In this document: positions 56,859 to 64,000 of the stretch, piece by piece
Position numbering within the stretch: the first letter of the stretch is position 1
Layout of the letters: every line of letters begins with the position of its first letter
DNA from: Candidatus Eiseniibacteriota bacterium
GTDB taxonomy: Bacteria > Eisenbacteria > RBG-16-71-46 > CAIMUX01 > VGJL01
Direction of reading: 5' to 3'
Assembly (NCBI GenBank): GCA_041946735.1
Contig: JBHGAY010000002.1
Location: 64,001-128,000, forward strand
Length of the DNA: 64,000 nucleotides
Notes under the pieces: model-generated
The model's database searches: none
What the model was told of the DNA's origin: nothing
The model's input: only the letters and a program-made list of their open reading frames with translations
Program-made: the position numbers and the translations under genes

Positions 56859-58334
56859 TCAGAGGCTCAGACCGGCGGTCAGCCTCAGCATTGCCACGCG
56901 GCGGTCGACATCGACGACCGTGGACTGCGGGTTGATGAAGGGATCGCCGGGCGACTCGTAATAGAACTTCCTCAGCTTGTAGTCGACGATCTCGTAGGCC
57001 ACGTCATAGCGAAGATTGCCCGTCTCGAATCCGAGACCGAACGTGAAGGAGTCGGTGTCGATGTCGCCTCCCGCCCACTGGTCCGGATCCGGGCCGCCGT
57101 TGAGCTTCGCGACGGACAACGGTCCTCTGTGATATCCGATCCGCAGGGGAAGGTCGATTTGCTTGAACCGCAGCCAACGTCCCTCGGCTCCAATGTGGAA
57201 GCTCGTGACGTCGCGAAGCGGAAGCGACGGGTTCGATTCCATCCCCAGGAAATCCTCCCGGTACTCGATCTTCGTCTCCGACCAGTTCTGGCGGTTCACC
57301 TCGACCGCCACCCGCACCTGTGGGATAGGCTGGAACCAGCCGCCGATCGACAGGAGCGCCGGGACGTCCATGTCGTAGCCCGCGATCCTCCCGAAGATGC
57401 GCTGCTGCGGAGCGCCGGGAGCACTGAGAACGAGGTAGTCCAGCCGGCCGCCGGTCACCTCCACCGTGTAGCCGGGCGTGAACCGCACGCCGATCCCGCC
57501 GAAGTTCGGGCGCCGCGCCTGGATGCCCAGGTCGGCCGAGATGCCTCGATAGCGATAGCGCGTCTTCAGGTATCCGCCCGCCGAGTTCGCGCCTCCGGTC
57601 GCGACGATCGACTCGATCTTCGAGCTGAGGCGGCCGGTCAGGTAGTTCAAGTTCGCCCCGACCGACACCACATCGGGGATCAACTGCGCGGCGGCGGAGG
57701 CGGAGGCCGCGTCGACGCCTCCCTCTTCCTTGCCATCGACCGCGAGAGTCACCGGGAAGGCGAGCCCTTCGCCGAAGACAAGATCCGAGACGATCTCCTC
57801 CGGATAGGACGTGTCGAGGTAGCGGCGGAAGCTGATCGCGCCGGCGACCGGACGCCCGAGCAGCTCGCCCGAGATCCCCGCGCCGAGCATGTTGCCCCGG
57901 AGGTTCGACTTCAGATTGACGTCGTACCGCTGCACGGCGAGCAGCGGCGAGTTGGGAATATTGAACGTGTCGGGATATCCCGAGGTCGAGCCCGAGGATC
58001 GGATCCAGCGAAGGTCGCCGGTCACGTTCGGGCGCTGGAGCCATCCCAGCCCGGCCGGGTTCCACGAGATCGCCTGCAGATCGGTGGCCTCGCCGACGTA
58101 GGCGCCACCCATTCCATGACCCACCGCGCTCGCGCGCACTCCGGTCATGTCGAGCGGCCGGAAGACGAGCGACGGCTGGAGCGTCTCCAGCGTGGCGATC
58201 CCGATCGTGCCGAGGTCGGTCTCGACCAACTGTGCGGAGACCGGCGAGGGCATGAGAGCCGCGGCGCAGGCGACGAGAGCGAGCGCGAAGATGGCCGGGG
58301 CTGCGAGACGACGAACGACACCCACTCCTCTCAT
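56859..58334 (-). CDS. OmpP1/FadL-family (PorV-related) outer-membrane barrel
   Basis: Signal peptide, SAVGHGMGGAYVG..AISWNPAGL hatch motif, amphipathic strands, ATGA overlap. Confidence 0.8.
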   Translation of the reverse strand: MRGVGVVRRLAAPAIFALALVACAAALMPSPVSAQLVETDLGTIGIATLETLQPSLVFRPLDMTGVRASAVGHGMGGAYVGEATDLQAISWNPAGLGWLQRPNVTGDLRWIRSSGSTSGYPDTFNIPNSPLLAVQRYDVNLKSNLRGNMLGAGISGELLGRPVAGAISFRRYLDTSYPEEIVSDLVFGEGLAFPVTLAVDGKEEGGVDAASASAAAQLIPDVVSVGANLNYLTGRLSSKIESIVATGGANSAGGYLKTRYRYRGISADLGIQARRPNFGGIGVRFTPGYTVEVTGGRLDYLVLSAPGAPQQRIFGRIAGYDMDVPALLSIGGWFQPIPQVRVAVEVNRQNWSETKIEYREDFLGMESNPSLPLRDVTSFHIGAEGRWLRFKQIDLPLRIGYHRGPLSVAKLNGGPDPDQWAGGDIDTDSFTFGLGFETGNLRYDVAYEIVDYKLRKFYYESPGDPFINPQSTVVDVDRRVAMLRLTAGLSL

Positions 58335-58798
58335 GACCTCTCCCCCAGGAGCAGCGTCACGATGACGGCCCCTGTCGTCCAGAAGCTCGCCGAGCGAGCG
58401 GTCCGCGCGATGTCGAAACGCACCTGGTCCACGTTGGTGATGTCGCTCTTCAGCAGCATCTTGTCGGGAGCGGGAGGCTCGAGCGAGACGCGGGCGTTCT
58501 CGAGACGCGAGACCTGCTTCTCGACCCCGTCCGCGTCGCGGATCGGGACGAGTCCGGTGAGGACGATCTTCTGGTCGTCGACCTCCTTCACCTTGCCTTC
58601 CGAGACGACCCGGGGCTCGCGGAGCACGACGTTCTGGCCCGGAGCGATCCGGCCCTCGATCTGCTCTCCGGTCCTGAAGGTCAACACGACGCGCTGATGC
58701 TCGTCGTACGTCAGATCCTCGACCGGAACGCGCTTCGCGCAGCCGAGCGCAAGCAGGAAACATCCGATCATGGCCAAGAGCCACGGGACTCGTTTCAT
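58331..58798 (-). CDS. Putative lipoprotein with C-terminal hydrophobic segment
   Basis: MKRVPWLLAMIGCFLLALGC lipobox, GGAG SD, C-terminal GAVIVTLLL. Confidence 0.75.
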   Translation of the reverse strand: MKRVPWLLAMIGCFLLALGCAKRVPVEDLTYDEHQRVVLTFRTGEQIEGRIAPGQNVVLREPRVVSEGKVKEVDDQKIVLTGLVPIRDADGVEKQVSRLENARVSLEPPAPDKMLLKSDITNVDQVRFDIARTARSASFWTTGAVIVTLLLGERS

Positions 58799-58940
58799 TG
58801 CGTCTCTCCGAGGTCGGCAGGTGACGTCCGGGAAACGAGGGGGGTCTGACGACCTTGCAGCATCCCCAACAGCCACGCCTCCAACCACACCTTGTGCCCG
58901 GATCCCCCGGCGGATCCGAAGCCGGTCATCCAACGCCGCG

Positions 58941-58969
58941 ACTCTAGGAGAACGGGGGGCGAACGTCAA
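58941..58969 (-). promoter_or_regulatory. Putative sigma70 promoter for the lipoprotein-barrel pair
   Basis: Minus strand TTGACG-N17-TAGAGT. Confidence 0.6.
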
Positions 58970-58993
58970 GGGGGAGGCCCGGCGGCCTCCCCC
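58970..58993 (-). terminator. Hairpin, probable terminator after glnA
   Basis: GGGGGAGGCC/GGCCTCCCCC 10-bp stem with a 4-nt loop and only a short T run. Confidence 0.5.
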
Positions 58994-59148
58994 GCAAGCT
59001 CAAATCCCGAAAGGCACCTACGGCGCTGCGGCTGCTTCCCTCCGGCTCCCCTGTCTGGCCTCCGGCCGCCGATCCTCCGGCCGCCGATCCGCGGCGCCTG
59101 GATCCGCAGCGCCTGCTGGATCCGCAGCGCCTGCTGGCCCCGCAGTCC

Positions 59149-60498
59149 CTAGAGGAGGGGCAGGTACCGCTCGATCTCGTATCCGGTCACCTGCACGCGA
59201 TAGCGGTCCCACTCGATCTTCTTGTTCTCGAGGAACTTCGTGAAGACGTGCTCCCCCAGCGCCTCCGCGAGCAGCTCGCTCTCCTCGGCGATCTGGATGG
59301 CGGCGAGGAGCGATCCCGGGAGCGTGTCGATCCCCCGGGAAAGCTTCTCGGAGGCGGTCATGTGGAAGATGTCCTCCTCGACGGGCGGCGCAAGATCGTA
59401 GCCCTCCTGGATCCCCTTCAGTCCCGCCGCGAGCATCACCGAGAAGGCGAGGTACGGGTTGCAGGCGGGATCGGGGCAGCGGTACTCGATCCGCGTCGCC
59501 TTCTCCTTGCCGGGCTTGTACATCGGCACCCGCACGAGGGCCGAGCGGTTGCGTTGGCCCCAGGCGACGTAGACGGGAGCTTCGAAGCCGGGAACGAGGC
59601 GCTTGTAGGAGTTGATCCACTGATTGGTGACCACGCACATCTCGCGGGCGTGCCGCATCAACCCCGCCATGAATGCGCGACCCACCTTCGAGAGGTGGTG
59701 CGGATCGGAGGCATCGAAGAACGCGTTCTGCTCCCCCCGGAAGAGCGACTGGTGCACATGCATGCCGCTGCCGTTCTCGCCGAAGAGCGGCTTCGGCATG
59801 AACGTCGCGTAGGTGCCGTTCGCACGCGCGATCCACTTGACCACGTAGCGGTAGGTGATCGTCGCATCCGCCATGAGCATCGCTTCCTGGTACTTCAGGT
59901 CGATCTCGTGCTGGCTTGGCGCGACCTCGTGATGCCCCACCTCGACGCCGATCCCCATCGCCTGCAGCGCCTGGATCGTCTTGTGGCGCAGCTCGGTCCC
60001 GAGGTCGTCCGGCGTCTGGTCGAAGTAGCCGGCGATGTCCATGGTCACCGGCTCGCTGGGACTCTTCAGGTAGAAGTACTCCAGCTCGGGACCGACGTTG
60101 AAGCTGTAGCCGAGGTCGCGGGCGCGCTGCAGGTTCCTCCGGAGGACGTGACGCGGATCGCCGACGTAGGGCTGCCCGTTGGGATTCAGGATGTCGCACA
60201 TCATCCGCGCGTGCAGCTCGCCGTCGATGCGCCAGGGCAGCAACTGGAAGGTGGAGAGATCGGGGACGGCGATCAGGTCCGACTCGTAGATCCTCGCGAA
60301 CCCCTCGACCGAGGAGCCGTCGAATCCGAGCCCTTCGTCGAGCGCCTCCTCGAGCTGCATGGGGGTGATGCCGAACGACTTCAGCATCCCGAGGATGTCC
60401 ACGAACCAGAGATTGATGATCTTGATGCCGCGCTCCTCGATGAAGCGCATCACGTTCTGGCGGGTGAGGTTGGTGGGGTTCACGCTTTCCTGGGCCAT
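59149..60498 (-). CDS. glnA: Glutamine synthetase type I
   Basis: FDGSSVEGF, GPELEYF, HHEVAPSQHEI, ATFMPKP, NGSGMHVHQS, NSYKRLVPGFEAP, NRSALVR, RIEYRCPD. Confidence 0.98.
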   Translation of the reverse strand: MAQESVNPTNLTRQNVMRFIEERGIKIINLWFVDILGMLKSFGITPMQLEEALDEGLGFDGSSVEGFARIYESDLIAVPDLSTFQLLPWRIDGELHARMMCDILNPNGQPYVGDPRHVLRRNLQRARDLGYSFNVGPELEYFYLKSPSEPVTMDIAGYFDQTPDDLGTELRHKTIQALQAMGIGVEVGHHEVAPSQHEIDLKYQEAMLMADATITYRYVVKWIARANGTYATFMPKPLFGENGSGMHVHQSLFRGEQNAFFDASDPHHLSKVGRAFMAGLMRHAREMCVVTNQWINSYKRLVPGFEAPVYVAWGQRNRSALVRVPMYKPGKEKATRIEYRCPDPACNPYLAFSVMLAAGLKGIQEGYDLAPPVEEDIFHMTASEKLSRGIDTLPGSLLAAIQIAEESELLAEALGEHVFTKFLENKKIEWDRYRVQVTGYEIERYLPLL

Positions 60499-61241
60499 CC
60501 GGGTCCCTCCTGGTCGGTCGGGTCGCGTTCGACGAGCGCGGCCCGCTCGTGGGGGGAAAGGGGATGGATACCGCCCAGGAGCCGGGCCGTCAAGAGCGCA
60601 GAAGCGACCTGTTCGAGCCGCTCCATGCGCCGTTCCGCATCTTCCGGGTCGCGGCCGAGGGCGACCGCCCCGTGGTTGGCGAGGAGGAAGGCCCAGTGGC
60701 GCCGGGCGAACGGCTCCGCCGCCGCCACCGCCTCCTCCGTCCCCGGCCGGGCATAGGGAACGACCGGCACAGGACCGAGCGCGGCGGCCGCCTCGACGAG
60801 CGCATCGTCACGGATCGGGCGATGGGCGATCGCGTAGCCGGTGGCGACGGGCGGGTGGGCGTGGAGGATCGCTCCGATCTCCGGTCGCCAGCGATAGACG
60901 GCGAGATGGAGGGGCATCTCCGACGAGGGGCGGGCGCCGAACCCGGCATCCTCCACGATGCGACCGCCCGCATCGACGCGCACCAGGTCGGCGCGTGTGA
61001 GCTCGTCCTGCCGGCAGCCGGAGGCGGTGATCCAGATCGTCCCGTCGGGACAGCGGGCGCTCAGATTTCCGTCGTCTGCGGCGAGGAGTCCGCGCGCGCC
61101 GAGACGGCGGCCGACCCGGCGCAGCTCCTCCGCGAGGCGTTCGATCTCCTCGGCCTCGGATCGATCCGCTTCTCCGGCTCGATCCCCGGCCCCGGCTCGA
61201 TCCCCGGCTCCGGACCGGTCAATCGGCGGTATCGATCCCAT
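60480..61241 (-). CDS. Class II aldolase/adducin family protein
   Basis: GNLSAR, ITASG, PSSEMPLHLAVY, HAHP, LLANHG. Confidence 0.92.
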   Translation of the reverse strand: MGSIPPIDRSGAGDRAGAGDRAGEADRSEAEEIERLAEELRRVGRRLGARGLLAADDGNLSARCPDGTIWITASGCRQDELTRADLVRVDAGGRIVEDAGFGARPSSEMPLHLAVYRWRPEIGAILHAHPPVATGYAIAHRPIRDDALVEAAAALGPVPVVPYARPGTEEAVAAAEPFARRHWAFLLANHGAVALGRDPEDAERRMERLEQVASALLTARLLGGIHPLSPHERAALVERDPTDQEGPGWPRKA

Positions 61242-62838
61242 TCCAGACGTCCGCGAGATGATCCGGCACTTCCCCGGGAAGCGCTCCGCGCTCGCCTGCC
61301 CGCGCGACCGCGAAGTCGGCCGCCGCGCCGTGCGCATACACCGCGCACGCGGCCGCCTCGAAGGGAGAGAGACCCTGCGCGAGCAGCGCCCCGAGAATGC
61401 CGGAGAGGACGTCGCCCGACCCTCCGGTCGCCATTCCCGGATTGCCGCTCGTGTTGACGAGGACCCGGCCATCGGGGGAAGCGACGATCGCCGGCACGGT
61501 CTTCAGAACCACGATCACGCGCGCCTCGGCGGCGAGCCTCGACGCGGCCGCGATCGGGTCGGAGAGAATCTCCGGGATCGAGGCGCCGGTCAGCCTCTCC
61601 ATCTCGCCGGGATGCGGAGTGAAGACCGGCGTGACCCGATCGGCCGCCCGAAGCGCAGGACGGAGAGGATCGAGACCGGCGGAGGCGATCGCGTTCAGAC
61701 CGTCGGCATCGACGACGATCGGTCCGAGCCATCCGGCGAGAAGCTCGACCACGAGCGCGTCGGTGTCCGCGTGGCGAGCGAGGCCGGGACCGAGGACCAG
61801 CGCGTCCCATCGATCCCGAAGCGAGATGAGAAACAGCAGATTCGAGGAGGCGAGAGTTCCGGTGTCGGTCTCCTGCAGCGGGAAGGTCATCGCCTCGGTC
61901 AACTTCGCCTCGAGGATCGGGTTCAGCGAGCGCGGGACGCCGGCGCGCACCAGCCCGGCGCCGGCGCGCAGCGCTCCGATCGCCGCGAGGGATGGCGCGC
62001 CGGTCAACCCCGGAGAGCCGCCGGCGATCAGGACGCGCCCGCGCGTCCCCTTGTGCGCCTGAGGCTCGAAGCGAGCGATCCGACCGCGAAGATAACCGGC
62101 CGCCAGCAGTCGCACGCGGCACCCGGCGGCCTCCTCCGCCTCGCGGGGAATCCCGATGTCGGCGACGTCCCAGAGACCGACGTGGGAACGGGCCGGCCAG
62201 AAGAGGAACGAACGCTTCGGGTAGGCCATCGTGATCGTGCGCTCCGCCCGGAACGCCTCCCCGTCGACGGCGCCCGAGTCGGCGGAGAGTCCGCTGGGAA
62301 TGTCGACGGCGATTCGCCGCGCCGGCGAGCGGTTCATCGCGGCGATCGCCTCGGCCTTCGGGCCTTCCAGCCGGCCGCGGAATCCGGTGCCGAGGACAGC
62401 GTCGAGGAGGAGATCGCCCGGCTCGAGACGCTCGATCGCGGCGAGGCGCTCGGGCGTCAGGGGCTCGAGCGCGACGCGGCGGGCGAGGAGCGGCGGCACC
62501 TGGAGCGCCGCGTCGCCGGCGATCGACGCGACCGGATCGGTGAGGAGCACGCGCGGGTTCGCGCCGGAATCGTGCAGCAGCCTCGCGACGACGAGGCCAT
62601 CGCCTCCGTTGTTCCCGCGGCCGCAGACGATCCAGACGCGCCGGCGCGCGAGGCGCGGGTAGTGCCGCCGCAGGGCGCGCACGATCCCGATCCCCGCGCG
62701 CTCCATCAGCGTGGGACCGGGGACGCCGGCGCGCTCGATCGCGAAGCGGTCGCAGGCCCGCATCTCCTCCGCCGTCACGAGCGGCGGCGGGAGCGGAGGC
62801 GAGACGGAGATGGGGTCAGGAGGTGGCGGCGTTTCCAT
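61219..62838 (-). CDS. nnr: Bifunctional NAD(P)H-hydrate epimerase/dehydratase
   Basis: LMERAG, CGRGNNGGDG, DAVLGTG, AVDIPSG, HKGTRG, GPGL, VDADGL, TPHPGEM, MATGGSGDVLSG. Confidence 0.97.
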   Translation of the reverse strand: METPPPPDPISVSPPLPPPLVTAEEMRACDRFAIERAGVPGPTLMERAGIGIVRALRRHYPRLARRRVWIVCGRGNNGGDGLVVARLLHDSGANPRVLLTDPVASIAGDAALQVPPLLARRVALEPLTPERLAAIERLEPGDLLLDAVLGTGFRGRLEGPKAEAIAAMNRSPARRIAVDIPSGLSADSGAVDGEAFRAERTITMAYPKRSFLFWPARSHVGLWDVADIGIPREAEEAAGCRVRLLAAGYLRGRIARFEPQAHKGTRGRVLIAGGSPGLTGAPSLAAIGALRAGAGLVRAGVPRSLNPILEAKLTEAMTFPLQETDTGTLASSNLLFLISLRDRWDALVLGPGLARHADTDALVVELLAGWLGPIVVDADGLNAIASAGLDPLRPALRAADRVTPVFTPHPGEMERLTGASIPEILSDPIAAASRLAAEARVIVVLKTVPAIVASPDGRVLVNTSGNPGMATGGSGDVLSGILGALLAQGLSPFEAAACAVYAHGAAADFAVARAGERGALPGEVPDHLADVWNGIDTAD

Positions 62839-63511
62839 TGAGACGGTCCACGATCGCGAGGAGATCCTGGATGTCGTCGATCTCGTAGTCGGCCCCGGAC
62901 TGGGCGACCCCTTTGGTGTCTCCGTAGCGCGCGAAGACGGTGGGAATGCCGAGACGGGAGGCGCCGACCATGTCGCGGTCCGGCCAATCCCCCACCATCA
63001 ACACCTCGGAGGGACTCATCTGCAGCAGCTCGAGCGCGCGCCGGAAGCCGATCGGGCTGGGCTTGCGCTCCTGGGTGTCGTCGAAGGTGATGACGAACTC
63101 GAAGATGTGGTGCAGGGCGAGGTGGTGCAGGCGCATCCACGCCTGGAGCGCCGGCGCGTCGGACAGGACAGCCAGCCGGATGCCGCGACGGAGCAGCTCC
63201 GTCAGCGTGAGCCGCACGTGGGGATAGAGGACGAGGTAGGAGTCGCGCACGCGCCGGTACGCCGTGATGGCGGCCGCGAGCACGCTCGGCGACACCTTGT
63301 CGAACTGCTCCTTCAGGAACTGATCGAAGACGTTCTGATACTCGATCCCCTGCCTGTCGTAGATTTCGAAGATGCGGGCGCGCGCCTCCTCACGGCTCAG
63401 CGGGAGGCCCATGTCGATCATCCCCTCGACCGCGGCGAGGATCGACGCCTCCTTCATCTTCATGAAATCGGTCAGTGTGTTGTCGAGATCGAAGAGGATC
63501 GCTCGGATCAT
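62816..63511 (-). CDS. HAD-superfamily hydrolase subfamily IA
   Basis: LFDLDNTL, LSD, KPSP, MVGDWPDRD. Confidence 0.93.
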   Translation of the reverse strand: MIRAILFDLDNTLTDFMKMKEASILAAVEGMIDMGLPLSREEARARIFEIYDRQGIEYQNVFDQFLKEQFDKVSPSVLAAAITAYRRVRDSYLVLYPHVRLTLTELLRRGIRLAVLSDAPALQAWMRLHHLALHHIFEFVITFDDTQERKPSPIGFRRALELLQMSPSEVLMVGDWPDRDMVGASRLGIPTVFARYGDTKGVAQSGADYEIDDIQDLLAIVDRLNGNAATS

Positions 63512-63550
63512 CGCGACATGCGCCTCCGAAACGGCTCCTCGACGGCGACG

Positions 63551-63748
63551 CTACTTCGAGGAGTGAATGATCGATCTCCCGTAGCTGATCTCGCCGTTGT
63601 CGATGCGGATGTTGAAGCCGCATTCGGGATTGGAGCAGACCCAAGCCTTGAAGTTGATCGGAGCACCTTCGCGACCATAGTCGGAGAGCGGGATCAGTAC
63701 GCCGTCGTGGCACTTCTTGCAGTCCGGGTACGGCTGTCCCACGTCCAT
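63551..63748 (-). CDS. Small putative zinc-ribbon protein
   Basis: CKKC..LIPLSDYG..KAWVCSNPECGF; GGAGG SD before ATG 63748. Confidence 0.75.
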   Translation of the reverse strand: MDVGQPYPDCKKCHDGVLIPLSDYGREGAPINFKAWVCSNPECGFNIRIDNGEISYGRSIIHSSK

Positions 63749-63929
63749 GGTCTTTCCTCCCCTCATCACACTCATCTTCTCCCCAACCTCACTGCCCTAC
63801 CCGGCCTCCCAAAACCCATCCGGGGCGGACGATGGATCGCCCCGGCGACGTCGGACCCGTCCTTTGCCGGACGGCTCAGGTTTTAGAGCATCGCCATCGA
63901 CGCCCCGGTTGTCAAGAGGAACGACGGCA

Positions 63930-64000
63930 TCAGGTTTTCCGCTCCTGCTTCTTCGCGGCCGGGAAGAGGATGTTGTTCAGGATGAGACGGTACCCGGGCG
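63930..64000 (-). CDS. C-terminal end of a conserved protein (start outside window)
   Basis: PGYRLILNNILFPAAKKQERKT-stop; recalls a conserved FCB-group family often labelled asparagine synthetase B (label unverified). Confidence 0.6.
   Translation of the reverse strand, partial: PGYRLILNNILFPAAKKQERKT

Noticed and set aside
6488..58969. Extended N-termini in the ORF track (cobB to 7915, ppdK to 11442, cdaR-like to 32375, etfA to 39458, 47927+, GT4 to 50425, barrel to 58784)
   Set aside because: Extensions overlap neighbouring genes or promoters; downstream starts match family N-termini, SD sites or stop/start overlaps. They are not fusions.
90..63886. Many long overlapping ORFs in the track (e.g. 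1824-4472+, 6181-9180+, 41647-43980-, 43436-46444-, 56706-58697+)
   Set aside because: Arg/Ala/Pro-rich shadow frames antisense or out of frame to recognisable genes, as expected from stop-codon scarcity at very high GC
63887..63915. Sigma70 promoter for the zinc-ribbon gene
   Set aside because: Perfect TTGACA but only a weak -10 (GATGCT) at 17-nt spacing; insufficient support
1..64000. Mobile elements, prophage, defence systems, tRNA/rRNA, pseudogenes
   Set aside because: No transposase, integrase, reverse transcriptase, phage or restriction motifs recognised. The sirtuin is a housekeeping CobB type, not a defence Sir2. No frameshifted gene was evident.

Overview
A very GC-rich bacterial chromosomal window with about 50 genes, most on the minus strand and many translationally coupled through ATGA/GTGA/TTGA overlaps. 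Housekeeping genes include ppdK, cobB, larC, tmk, rsmI, HU/IHF, etfAB, alr, speA, lepB, glnA, nnr and an NtrC-type two-component system. They are mixed with many envelope genes: five secreted proteins ending in FlgD-Ig/T9SS-like C-terminal domains, several PorV/FadL-like beta-barrels, lipoproteins and two GT39-type glycosyltransferases. This content suggests a diderm FCB-related lineage such as Ca. Eisenbacteria or Krumholzibacteriota (inference only). I saw no rRNA, tRNA, CRISPR array, transposase or integrase. The most interesting signals are non-coding. (1) A ~300-nt end-paired multi-hairpin candidate RNA at 56160-56465 (minus) lies behind a sigma54-type -24/-12 promoter with palindromic upstream sites. 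(2) A ~430-nt structured leader with mutually exclusive anti-SD pairings precedes a 1139-aa secreted protein. (3) A degenerate 42-nt-period palindromic array follows alr. All family calls come from motif recognition by eye; no searches or folding programs were run.
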